From Alistipes timonensis (GTDB taxonomy: Bacteria > Bacteroidota > Bacteroidia > Bacteroidales > Muribaculaceae), in assembly GCA_023663385.1 (NCBI GenBank), contig JAMPHO010000004.1, positions 14,053 to 78,052 of the forward strand: 64,000 nucleotides of DNA, given 5' to 3'. The notes under the pieces are model-generated. The model searched no databases. It was not told the DNA's origin and worked only from the letters and a program-made list of their open reading frames with translations. The position numbers and the translations under genes are program-made. This document shows positions 16,455 to 25,388 of the stretch, one piece after another. Within the stretch, counting starts at the first letter, position 1; every line of letters begins with the position of its first letter.

Positions 16455-17921
16455 ATGTGTAAATCTCTTTCCCGAGGCAGAGTAGCCTCCAAGACGCGCC
16501 GGTTGTTCTTTGCCGCCGCGGCGGCCATAGGGCTTGCCGGGGCGCTGAGCTCGTGCATCGAGGATGGTTTCACCTCCTCACCCTCCGACCAGCCGGCGTT
16601 CTCGACCGACACACTGAGAATGGCCGACCTCTTCACGCTCGAACCTTCGCCGACGAACCGCTTCATCGTGTACAACCGACACGACAAGGGCCTAAACATA
16701 AGCTCGATACGCTTCATTGACGACCCCCGGGGGCTTTTCCGTCTCAACGTCGACGGTATGGCGGGGAGCGACTTCGCGAATGTCGAAATCCGCGCCAACG
16801 ACTCGATTTTCGTATTCGTGGAGGCGACCCTCCCCGAGAACGGCAACGGCGCCCCCGCCGACATTCTGGCCCATATCGAGTTCATTACCAACGGCGTGTC
16901 GTCGAAAATGCCCGTGAAGGTCACCGGGCAGGACGCCGTGCGCCTCTACGAAGGCACAATAATCGACACTGACACCCGCCTCACCGCCGAAAAGCCTTAC
17001 CTGGTGCGCGACTCCATAGTGGTGGCCGAAGGGGCCACGCTGACAATCGAGGCGGGCGCGAGGCTCTACTTCCACGACGGGGCGAGCCTCATAGTCGACG
17101 GCACACTCGACATCCGCGGCGAGGCCGGAAAAACCGTCGAACTCACCGGCGACCGAAAGGGGTTCGTGGCCGCGCAAATCCCTTACGAGATTATGGCCGG
17201 GCAGTGGGAGGGGATTCTCTTCCGCCCCACCTCCGCGGCCAACCGCATAGTCCACGCCTCGATACGCAACACGAAGTGGGGCATCGCCGCCGACAACGCG
17301 CGATCTGAGGGGGACGCCCCGGGGCTTTACCTGCTCAACAGCGTGGTTCGCAACTCGCAGGGGTATGTGCTCGAAACACTCTTCACCGACGTCACCGCCA
17401 TAGGGTGCGAGCTGGCCGAAGCCTCGTCCGGCATAATGTCGCTCACCGGGGGTAACCATCGGTTCAACCACTGCACCATAGCCAACTACTACCTATTCAC
17501 CGCCTTAGGGGGACCCGCGGTGCAGTTGGCACAGACCGGGTTCGCCGACGAGGAGCCGGTCGACCCGGAGCGCCCGATGATGACGGCAGACTTCGCCAAC
17601 TGCATCATCTACGGCAACGGCACGGAGCTGTCGCACCCCGACCTCTCTGGCACCGCCATCACCTTCAACCGCTGCCTGCTGAAATCGGCCGGATCCGACG
17701 ACGATAACTTCATCGAATGCCTCTGGGACACCGACCCCGACTATTACACCGACCGACCCAAGTACATATTCGACTACCGGCTCCGCCCCGGCTCACCCGC
17801 AGCCGCGGCTGCCTACGCGGCGCTGACCGACCCCGCGGCCTCCATCGACATCAACGGCACCCCGCGCCTGCCTGACCCCGACCTGGGCGCCTACCAGACG
17901 GTGCCCGAAGCCGAAGAATAA
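16455..17921 (+). CDS. Hypothetical lipoprotein (possibly beta-helix fold)
   Basis: 488 aa. Lipobox-like GALSSC after a hydrophobic segment. Coding-like composition. I recognise no family. Confidence 0.6.
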   Translation: MCKSLSRGRVASKTRRLFFAAAAAIGLAGALSSCIEDGFTSSPSDQPAFSTDTLRMADLFTLEPSPTNRFIVYNRHDKGLNISSIRFIDDPRGLFRLNVDGMAGSDFANVEIRANDSIFVFVEATLPENGNGAPADILAHIEFITNGVSSKMPVKVTGQDAVRLYEGTIIDTDTRLTAEKPYLVRDSIVVAEGATLTIEAGARLYFHDGASLIVDGTLDIRGEAGKTVELTGDRKGFVAAQIPYEIMAGQWEGILFRPTSAANRIVHASIRNTKWGIAADNARSEGDAPGLYLLNSVVRNSQGYVLETLFTDVTAIGCELAEASSGIMSLTGGNHRFNHCTIANYYLFTALGGPAVQLAQTGFADEEPVDPERPMMTADFANCIIYGNGTELSHPDLSGTAITFNRCLLKSAGSDDDNFIECLWDTDPDYYTDRPKYIFDYRLRPGSPAAAAAYAALTDPAASIDINGTPRLPDPDLGAYQTVPEAEE

Positions 17922-17945
17922 GCTACATCTCATCCACCCATATTG

Positions 17946-17985
17946 AATCCGCCAAGCCCGAGGGTTTTGGCGGATTTAACTTTTT
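17946..17985 (+). terminator. Rho-independent terminator after the lipoprotein gene
   Basis: Stem aatccgccaa (17946-17955) / ttggcggatt (17967-17976), followed by taacttttt. Confidence 0.65.
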
Positions 17986-18125
17986 ATGCGCGAACCAAAG
18001 CCCCTCGGGGGCGTTCTATCAGTGGAACGAGTGACAATTCCGCCACACCTCCCCCCCGCCTACCACCGGGGCGCCGGACAATACCGACTGAAAAACAAAC
18101 CAACTCATAAAAATATACCCTCAAT

Positions 18126-19283
18126 ATGGCAACTAAAACTTACTCGCCCGTCGTACAGGAACTCATCGACATGATCGAAACCAACGGCTGGCGCGACAAA
18201 TTCCAGAAAGCGCTTGACAACTGCCACGCCCTCAACACCATCGAATATGAGAACATAAAGACCCTCGAAGACTACTTCGACTGGCTCGAATCGAACCTCC
18301 ACTGGGTTCCGAAGGAGGATCCCGAAGGGGATGTCGTGTACCAGCACGTCACCATGTTCTACTTCCTGATTGACCAAAGCCCTGTGAAGGAGCTTCAGAC
18401 CCCGATCATCCCCAGCAAGCTCAAGGACAACGTAATGCCGGAGCTCACCCCCTTCTCGCAGTGGATCCGCAAGTACGTCATCTCCTTCGGCGCCTGGATG
18501 GACCAGCCCGAATCGCTCACCGACGAGGCAGTGAAGTCGTACTACGACTCCCCCCGCTACAATATGAGCGACTACGATATGCCCGAGGGTGGCTGGAAGA
18601 CCTTCAACCAGTTCTTCGCCCGCAGCTGCAAGCCCGGCTACCGCCCCATCGCCGCCATCAACGACGACCATATCATCGTGTCGCCGGCCGACTCCACCAA
18701 CGACGGCCAGTGGGAAATCAACTCCGACTCGCAGGTCAACATCAAGGGGCTCGAATGGAGCATCGAGGAGCTGCTCCAGGGTAGCGACTACAAGGACGAC
18801 TTCAAGGGTGGCCTCTGGATTCACCAGTTCCTCAACACCGTTGACTACCACCGCGAACACGCTCCCGTAGGGGGCAAGGTGCTCGAAGCCCGCGTGCTCC
18901 AGGGCGCTACCTGGCTCGGAGTAACCACCGAACCTATCGAGGGTGACGAAAAGGGCCGAGTGCGCATCGTGCGCCGCAAACTGTCGGCCCTCGACGAAGC
19001 CGGCTACCAGTTCCTCCAGACCCGCGGCCTGGTTGTAATCCAGTCGAAAATCGGCAAGGTTGCCATCCTCCCTATGGGTATGGCCCAGGTATCGTCGATC
19101 GTTGTCACCGCTCAGAAGGGGGTAACCCTGCGCAAGGGCGAGGAGATTTCCTACTTCCAGTTCGGCGGCTCCGACATCGTGATGGTGTTCGAGCGCGCAT
19201 CGAACGTCAACATCACCGCCCAGCCCGGCGTACACTACAAGGTAGGCACCAAGATTGCCGAGGCTTACCCCGTAGGCGAATAA
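18126..19283 (+). CDS. Soluble phosphatidylserine-decarboxylase-family (pyruvoyl-dependent) decarboxylase paralog, substrate unknown
   Basis: 385 aa with no signal peptide or TM segment. PSD-family DYHREH motif (nt 18843-18860). FQFGGS self-cleavage motif with Ser349 encoded at nt 19170-19172, which would leave a 37-aa alpha chain. Has a ~200-aa N-terminal extension. The canonical 230-aa psd is at 53100..53792. Confidence 0.75.
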   Translation: MATKTYSPVVQELIDMIETNGWRDKFQKALDNCHALNTIEYENIKTLEDYFDWLESNLHWVPKEDPEGDVVYQHVTMFYFLIDQSPVKELQTPIIPSKLKDNVMPELTPFSQWIRKYVISFGAWMDQPESLTDEAVKSYYDSPRYNMSDYDMPEGGWKTFNQFFARSCKPGYRPIAAINDDHIIVSPADSTNDGQWEINSDSQVNIKGLEWSIEELLQGSDYKDDFKGGLWIHQFLNTVDYHREHAPVGGKVLEARVLQGATWLGVTTEPIEGDEKGRVRIVRRKLSALDEAGYQFLQTRGLVVIQSKIGKVAILPMGMAQVSSIVVTAQKGVTLRKGEEISYFQFGGSDIVMVFERASNVNITAQPGVHYKVGTKIAEAYPVGE

Positions 19284-19335
19284 CCTCTCTTGCCGCCCGG
19301 CCCCATCAGGGGCGCTAACGAGAAAATAATATTTT

Positions 19336-19369
19336 ACAGGCGGGGCCAGCGGGTCCCGCCTGTGTTTTT
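19336..19369 (+). terminator. Intrinsic terminator/attenuator hairpin between the decarboxylase and antiporter genes
   Basis: Stem acaggcggg (19336-19344) / cccgcctgt (19355-19363) with a 10-nt loop, followed by gttttt. Confidence 0.55.
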
Positions 19370-19392
19370 CCACGTCAAAACTATTTTTCGAG

Positions 19393-21012
19393 ATGGGTAA
19401 AACAACATCCAACAAGGCACCCGCGCCCGAACTTACCGCGTCGGGGCGCAAGAAGCACGTTTCAACCGCCCGCGGCACCCTCACAATGGCCGCCATGGCG
19501 ATTATGATCGTCACTTCGATTCTGAGCCTGCGAGGACTCCCCTCCGAGGCGAAATACGGCATTCAGTCGATATTCTACTACGTTTTCGCGGCCATAGTGT
19601 TCCTGCTCCCCTTCTCGCTGGTGTGCGCCGAGCTGGCCTCCACCTACACCAAGCCGGGGGGACTTTACCGCTGGGTGGCCGAAGCGTTCGGCCCGAAATG
19701 GGGGTGGACGGCCATGTACCTCGAATGGCAGACAATCGTGTTCTGGTTCCCGACGGTGCTGATGTTCGGCGCCGCCTCGCTGGCCTACATTTTCTGGCCC
19801 GAGAGCTTCGACCGGGCGCTCGCATCCAACAAGCTGTACACCCTCGCCGTCGCGATGCTGATGTACTGGCTTGCGACGCTCAACGCCTTCCGAGGGCAGA
19901 AGTCGGCCAACGTGCTCAGCACCTACGGCGGTATGGTGGGCACCATCATCCCCGGCGCGGCGCTGATCGTGCTCGGCATCATATACTTCCTCTGCGGCAA
20001 GCATATATACCTGGCCGACGTGCCTTTCTTCCCCGACTTCACCAATATGGGCACCATAGTGCTGGCGGCCTCGATATTCCTCTTCTACGCCGGCATGGAG
20101 ATTCAGGCCGTGCATATCAACGATATGCGTAACCCGGCCCGCGACTTCCCCAAAGCGGTGTTCGCGGCCATCATCGTGATCATAGCCCTCTATGCTCTGG
20201 GCACGCTGGTGATCGGGCTGGTGATTCCGACCGAGAACATCAACCTGCTCCAGTCGCTATTGGTGGCCTACCGCGCGCTGTGGGCGAGCTTCGGCCTGAG
20301 CTGGCTGGGTAACGTCATGGCCCTGCTGATAATGTTCGGCGTCGTGGGCCAGATCAGCGCCCTCGTCACCGGTCCCGCCACCGGCCTTATGGCCGTGGCC
20401 CAGTCGGGCTACCTCCCGCGGAGTCTGCAAAAAGTCAACGCAAAGGGGGTCAACAAGCGCATCCTCCTCATCGAAGGTGGCTTCGTGAGCCTCATCAGCC
20501 TGGTGCTGATCGTGCTCCCCACCGTGGAGTCGGCCTACCAGATACTCTCGCAGATGGCCACGATTATCTACCTGGTGATGGTGGTGCTCATCTACGGCGC
20601 ATTCATACGTCTGCGGCGCACCTCCCCCGGGCGTAAGCGCGGCTTCAAGGTGCCGGGCGGCAAGTTCGGCGAATGGGCCGTGTGCGGCCTCGGCATAGCC
20701 GGAGCGCTGCTGGCCATGGTGCTGAGCTTCCTCCCCCCGTCGCAGATTTCGACGGGTAGCCCGGTTGTCTACGTCGGCATAATCTTCATCGGCGTGGCCG
20801 TGTTCATCGCCCTGCCGTTAGTGGTCTACTCGAAGCGCAAGCCATCGTGGCGTGACCCGAACGCCCACTTCTACCCCTTCGACTGGCAGATCGAGGGGCG
20901 CAAGCCCGGGGAGGTTTCCAAATGGGAGTCCGGCTACGAACCCACCGAGGAGCAGGTAGAAGCCGCCGAGGATAGGGCAGTCGCCGACCACGGCAAGTAT
21001 AAGCATACCTGA
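19393..21012 (+). CDS. APC-superfamily amino acid/amine antiporter, GadC-like
   Basis: 539-aa polytopic protein. It is co-linear with my recollection of E. coli GadC blocks (FFPDF, TENINLL, GFKVPGGK, SFLPP) and has a hydrophilic C-terminal tail. Confidence 0.8.
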   Translation: MGKTTSNKAPAPELTASGRKKHVSTARGTLTMAAMAIMIVTSILSLRGLPSEAKYGIQSIFYYVFAAIVFLLPFSLVCAELASTYTKPGGLYRWVAEAFGPKWGWTAMYLEWQTIVFWFPTVLMFGAASLAYIFWPESFDRALASNKLYTLAVAMLMYWLATLNAFRGQKSANVLSTYGGMVGTIIPGAALIVLGIIYFLCGKHIYLADVPFFPDFTNMGTIVLAASIFLFYAGMEIQAVHINDMRNPARDFPKAVFAAIIVIIALYALGTLVIGLVIPTENINLLQSLLVAYRALWASFGLSWLGNVMALLIMFGVVGQISALVTGPATGLMAVAQSGYLPRSLQKVNAKGVNKRILLIEGGFVSLISLVLIVLPTVESAYQILSQMATIIYLVMVVLIYGAFIRLRRTSPGRKRGFKVPGGKFGEWAVCGLGIAGALLAMVLSFLPPSQISTGSPVVYVGIIFIGVAVFIALPLVVYSKRKPSWRDPNAHFYPFDWQIEGRKPGEVSKWESGYEPTEEQVEAAEDRAVADHGKYKHT

Positions 21013-21035
21013 CTTTGACACCACTACATACGCGA

Positions 21036-21066
21036 CGAGGGCCCCGCGGAAACCGCGGAGCCCTCG
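21036..21066. terminator. GC-rich hairpin between convergent transporter genes (possible bidirectional terminator)
   Basis: cgagggc-ccgcgg aaa ccgcgg-gccctcg with single-nt bulges. The T-tract is weak. Confidence 0.4.
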
Positions 21067-21092
21067 CTGTGTTTATCTTATCCTACCCGGCG

Positions 21093-22754
21093 CTACGCGA
21101 AGCAGAGTATGAGCGCCTGGGCCGCCACCACGCGGAGGAACATTGTGAGCGGGTAAACCGTCGAATACGCCACCGCCGGAGCGTCGTTGCCGGTGGAGTT
21201 GCCGGCATAGGCCAGGGCGGGGGGATCGGTATAACCGCCCGACATCAGACCCATAAGGGTGAGGTAGTTGATTTTGAAAATGCCGCGGCCGATGAGCCCC
21301 ACGATCAGCAGGGGGAGGAAGGTGATGATGAAGCCCCAGATAACCCACCACATACCTGTGTTGTTGAACACGGTGGAGGCGAAGTTGGCGCCCGCGCCGA
21401 TACCTACGGCGGCGAGGAACATACATATGCCGAGCTCGCGGAGCATCAGAGACGCCGACGAAGAGGTGTAGGTGACGAGCTTGAACTTATAGCCGAAGCG
21501 GCTCAGAAGGATGGCCACAACCAGCGGGCCGCCGGCCAGACCGAGCTTCATGCCGAACCCGACGTTGATCGAGCCGACGATGATACCGAAGAGGATGCCT
21601 ACGAAGATGGTGATCAGGTTGGGGTGGTCGAGACGCTTCATCGAGTTGCCGAGCTTGGCCGAGAGGCGGTCGATGTCGTTGAGGTCACCCACGATGGTTA
21701 TGCGGTCGCCGATCTGGAGTCGCAGGCCGGGGGTAGCGAGGAGGTCGACACCGGCGCGGTTCACGCGGGTGCAGTTGAGGTTGTAACCCTTGTGGAGGCG
21801 GAGCTTGCCGAGAGCCACGCCGTTGTAGTCGTTGTTGGTGATGAGTATGCGGCGGCTCACGACGTGCTCGGGAGCAACCTCGTTCCAATCCTCGTCGTCC
21901 ATCTCGATCGAGGGACCTACGACGGCCTCGAAGCTGGGGAGGTCGGAGGCGTTCATCACAACGTAGAGCTTGTCGCCGACGCGGATCTGGGTGGTCGATT
22001 TGGGGATAATCGTCGAGCCGTCCTGCTGCATCAGACGCGACACCACGAACTCGCAGTGGATAATCTGGTGGAGCTGTACCAGGGTGCGGCCGTTGATAAG
22101 GGCGTTGGTCACCTCGAACGAGGCGAGGAACGGTTTCCCCTGGCCATCCTCGGCCTCGGCGTTCATCTTCTCGATCTCCTTCTCGGTCTTGATGCCGAAC
22201 AGGGCCTTGATGATGAGCATCGCCATAATGATGCCGAGCACGCCCAAGGGGTATGCGGCGGCGTAGCCCATCGACATCACGTTGACAGCTTCGGGGTTAC
22301 CGGCGGCCTGCTGGGCGGCTGCCAGACCCGGGGTGTTGGTGACGGCGCCAGACATCACGCCCACCAGGGCCTCGATCGAGGTGTTGCCGTCGATATAGTA
22401 AATCGCGAGCACGATAGCCACGTTGAGCGCTATGCCGAGCACTGCCAGCATATTGAGGCGTATGCCACCCTCCTTGAACGAGGAGAAGAAGGCCGGGCCC
22501 ACCTGGAGGCCGATCGCGAAAATAAACAGAATAAGGCCGAACTCGCGCACGAACTTCAGCACGTCGGGCTGCACGGTATAGCCGAAATGGCCCATGAGGA
22601 TGCCGACAAACAATACGAAAGTCACGCCCAGCGAAATCCCCGCGACGCGGAGCTTGCCGAGATAGATGCCCGCGGCGATCACGAACGACAGCAGCACCAG
22701 CGTGCTGGCCAGCGACGTGTTCCCCGGCATGAGCAGGTCATAAAAGAAATCCAT
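21093..22754 (-). CDS. AAEx-family transporter (AspT/YidE/YbjL type, with two central RCK_C/TrkA-C-like domains)
   Basis: 553 aa. Duplicated membrane halves flank a soluble central region. The N-terminus MDFFYDLL..GIYLGKLRVAGISLGVTFVLFVGILMGHFG is typical of the YidE/YbjL/AspT family. Confidence 0.75.
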   Translation of the reverse strand: MDFFYDLLMPGNTSLASTLVLLSFVIAAGIYLGKLRVAGISLGVTFVLFVGILMGHFGYTVQPDVLKFVREFGLILFIFAIGLQVGPAFFSSFKEGGIRLNMLAVLGIALNVAIVLAIYYIDGNTSIEALVGVMSGAVTNTPGLAAAQQAAGNPEAVNVMSMGYAAAYPLGVLGIIMAMLIIKALFGIKTEKEIEKMNAEAEDGQGKPFLASFEVTNALINGRTLVQLHQIIHCEFVVSRLMQQDGSTIIPKSTTQIRVGDKLYVVMNASDLPSFEAVVGPSIEMDDEDWNEVAPEHVVSRRILITNNDYNGVALGKLRLHKGYNLNCTRVNRAGVDLLATPGLRLQIGDRITIVGDLNDIDRLSAKLGNSMKRLDHPNLITIFVGILFGIIVGSINVGFGMKLGLAGGPLVVAILLSRFGYKFKLVTYTSSSASLMLRELGICMFLAAVGIGAGANFASTVFNNTGMWWVIWGFIITFLPLLIVGLIGRGIFKINYLTLMGLMSGGYTDPPALAYAGNSTGNDAPAVAYSTVYPLTMFLRVVAAQALILCFA

Positions 22755-22845
22755 AGAAATTATAGTGCCTTAAAAAACAGTACCTTGGAGATAGTTCGGC
22801 GGAAACCTCGGAGCTAATTCGGTGGAAGCCTCGGTTTTCCGACCG

Positions 22846-22853
22846 CGAAGTTA
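22846..22853 (-). promoter_or_regulatory. -7 box TAACTTCG (extended TAACTTCGCGG) for the AAEx transporter gene
   Basis: Minus-strand cgTAACTTCGCGGtc, 92 nt upstream of the ATG at 22754. Confidence 0.45.
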
Positions 22854-22899
22854 CGCCTTTTTCGCGAATTTTAACAGGGAGTCGCGAAAGAAATCCGCG

Positions 22900-23655
22900 T
22901 CAGAAGCGGAGGGTGTATTTGATTTTGTGGTTTTTGGCCCAGCGCTTCCAGAAGCGCTCGCGGTAGGCCAGGAGGTCGCGGCGGGATCGGTCGGGGTCCT
23001 CGCCGCGGGCCTTGGCATACTCCTCGGCCAGCAGGGCGAACATCTCGGGCTGCCCCCATAGGCGCACAAAGCCGTAGAGCCCCTCGCGGAAGGGGACCTC
23101 GCGGAACTGCATGCGGTTGATGTCGACCAGCGAGAAGCGCCAGCCCCCCTTGCCGTCGGAGTCGAAGAGGATGTTGCCCGGCGAGTAGTCGCGGTGTATG
23201 ATTCCGGCCTCGTGGAGGCGGGCCGTCAGGCGGGCGAACGGGCGCATCACCGGGGCAAACTGCTCCTCGGTCGCGTCGCCGAACTCGAAGAAGCGGCGAC
23301 TGAGCGCGCTCTGCACGCTCACGAAGTAGGAGTAAGCTATGAGCCCCCCCTCGCGGCGTTCGATGTAGGCCACGGGCGCGGGGGTTTCGAAGCCCCGCTC
23401 GATGAGCACCCGGGGGTACTCGAAGGCGCGGACCCCCTTGGGCTTGCGCAGGAAGGTGTAGGCCACGCGGTTTATCCATATCGGGCGGCGGTAGCGCTTG
23501 ACGTTGAGCTCGGGGCCTCCCGGAGGGGTCACGGCCCGGATTTCGTTGCGCCCCGAGTGTATGACGCGCCCCGAGGCGAAATGCTCCTCGATATTCTCCA
23601 GGTAGGGGCGGAGGCGCTCAAACTCGGGCGCTATCTGTATCAATGGTCGGCTCAT
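22900..23655 (-). CDS. Lipopolysaccharide kinase (Kdo/WaaP) family protein
   Basis: 251 aa. Protein-kinase-like catalytic loop IIHRDYSPGNILF and LVDINRM. Last gene of the LicD cassette, 1 nt after the upstream stop. Confidence 0.7.
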   Translation of the reverse strand: MSRPLIQIAPEFERLRPYLENIEEHFASGRVIHSGRNEIRAVTPPGGPELNVKRYRRPIWINRVAYTFLRKPKGVRAFEYPRVLIERGFETPAPVAYIERREGGLIAYSYFVSVQSALSRRFFEFGDATEEQFAPVMRPFARLTARLHEAGIIHRDYSPGNILFDSDGKGGWRFSLVDINRMQFREVPFREGLYGFVRLWGQPEMFALLAEEYAKARGEDPDRSRRDLLAYRERFWKRWAKNHKIKYTLRF

Positions 23656-23656
23656 A

Positions 23657-24493
23657 TCACTTGTTTTTCCAGAAGAATTTGCTGGAGGTGTGCTGCACGC
23701 GTTTTTCTTCCGGGGGGATGGTCATATAGTCGGGGTACTGGGGTATGAGGAACGTATGGTAGTCGGCGGGCACGCGCACCTCGGTGTCCTCGAAGGGCAT
23801 CAGCGCCGTACGGTCGAGGATGTCGGCGGGGAGATGGTCGCGGTAGACCCACCCGCGGGCCCCGAGCTGCGACACATGGCCGGTGGAGCCCCAGAGGTGG
23901 CGGGCCATCACGCGGAGCTGCCCGCGGTTGGCCTCCATAACCTCCTCATCGCTGACGCGGGCGCGCTTTGCCAGCACGCGTATCCAGCGCTGCCAGAGCT
24001 TCCACCCCCCGGAGAGGGCGCGGAGGTCGGCGAACTTTGCCAGCCGTTTGCGCAGATGGTTCACCTTGTCGAACAGCACGCGGCACTCCTCGGCCTGGCG
24101 GTCGAACACCACCGGGTCGTCGGAGACGGCGTCGAGGGGGAACACGTCGACCCACACGCCGCCGCGCTCACCCTTCTTCCACCCGTATTTGGTGAAGGCC
24201 AGCGTGTCGCGGGTGTCGTAGACCCTCGCCAGGGGCTGGTAGGAGTCCTCGCCGGGCACGGCAACCTTCAGTCGGTCCGAGCGGAACTCGCGGAGGAAGC
24301 GCTCATAGTCGGGGCGGGGCATCACGATGTCGACGTCGTCGTCCCAGGGGATGAACCCCTTGTGGCGCACAGCCCCGATCAGGGTGCCGTAGGCCACGGC
24401 GTAGCGCAGGCCGCGCTCCTCGCAGAAGGCGTGAATCTCCTTGAGGATGCCGAGTGAGAATAATTGCAGTTCGCGTAGGGTCAGTTCCTTCAT
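23657..24493 (-). CDS. LicD-family phosphotransferase (copy 1)
   Basis: 278 aa. LicD hallmark AYGTLIGAVRHKGFIPWDDDVDIVMPRPDYERF. Confidence 0.85.
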   Translation of the reverse strand: MKELTLRELQLFSLGILKEIHAFCEERGLRYAVAYGTLIGAVRHKGFIPWDDDVDIVMPRPDYERFLREFRSDRLKVAVPGEDSYQPLARVYDTRDTLAFTKYGWKKGERGGVWVDVFPLDAVSDDPVVFDRQAEECRVLFDKVNHLRKRLAKFADLRALSGGWKLWQRWIRVLAKRARVSDEEVMEANRGQLRVMARHLWGSTGHVSQLGARGWVYRDHLPADILDRTALMPFEDTEVRVPADYHTFLIPQYPDYMTIPPEEKRVQHTSSKFFWKNK

Positions 24494-25338
24494 TTCTTGT
24501 CTTTCCAGTAGAATTTGGTCGCGGAGAGGGTGTGCTGCTCGCGCTTGTTCTCGGGAGGGAGGGTCATATAGTCGGGATACTGCGGTATGAGGAAAGTGTG
24601 GTAGTCGCGGGGCACGCGCACCTCCATATCCTCGAAGGGCATCAGTATCGTGTCGTCGAAAAGGTCGGCGGGGAGATGGTCATGGTAGACCCAGGCGCGG
24701 ATTCCGAGCTGCGACACATGGCCGGTGGAGCCCCAGGGGTATTTCTCCATCAGGCGCGTCTGCTCGCGGTTCTCCTCCATGAGGTCGGGGAACCCGGCGC
24801 GGAGCTTCCACCACTGGGCGCGCACCCAGCGCCAGGGGAAGTGCCAGCGGGGTGGCACGTTGCGCAGGTCGGCGGCGGTGGCCATCATTTTGCGGCGGCG
24901 CACCATGCGGCGGTATAGCCGGCGGCACTCCTCGGCGTGGCGGTCGAACTCGGCGGGGTCGTCGGGCACATTATCAATCGGGTACACGTCGATCCAGAGC
25001 CCGGCCCTCTCGCCCCCCTTCTTGAAGGGGTACTTGGTGTAGGCCACGGTGTCGCGCGTGTCGTACACGCGGGCTATCGGCTGGCACGAGTCCTCGCCGG
25101 GAATGGCTACCTTGGCGCGGTCGGAGCGGAAACCGCGTATGAAGCGCTCGTAGTCGGGGCGGGGCATCACGATGTCGATGTCGTCGTCCCAGGGTATGAA
25201 ACCCTTGTGGCGCACGACACCGATGAGCGAGCCGTAGGCCATGGAGTATCGGACGCCGTTGGCCTCGCACCAGGCGTGGATTTCCTTCATCATATCGAGC
25301 GACAACAGCTGTATTTCGCGTAGGGTCAGTTCTTTCAT
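24490..25338 (-). CDS. LicD-family phosphotransferase (copy 2, tandem paralog)
   Basis: 282 aa. AYGSLIGVVRHKGFIPWDDDIDIVMPRPDYERF. Overlaps copy 1 by 4 nt. Confidence 0.85.
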   Translation of the reverse strand: MKELTLREIQLLSLDMMKEIHAWCEANGVRYSMAYGSLIGVVRHKGFIPWDDDIDIVMPRPDYERFIRGFRSDRAKVAIPGEDSCQPIARVYDTRDTVAYTKYPFKKGGERAGLWIDVYPIDNVPDDPAEFDRHAEECRRLYRRMVRRRKMMATAADLRNVPPRWHFPWRWVRAQWWKLRAGFPDLMEENREQTRLMEKYPWGSTGHVSQLGIRAWVYHDHLPADLFDDTILMPFEDMEVRVPRDYHTFLIPQYPDYMTLPPENKREQHTLSATKFYWKDKK

Positions 25339-25388
25339 CAGGTTGAAAGGTGAAGAGTGTGGATAGCGGAGAGATTATTTGGGAGAGA

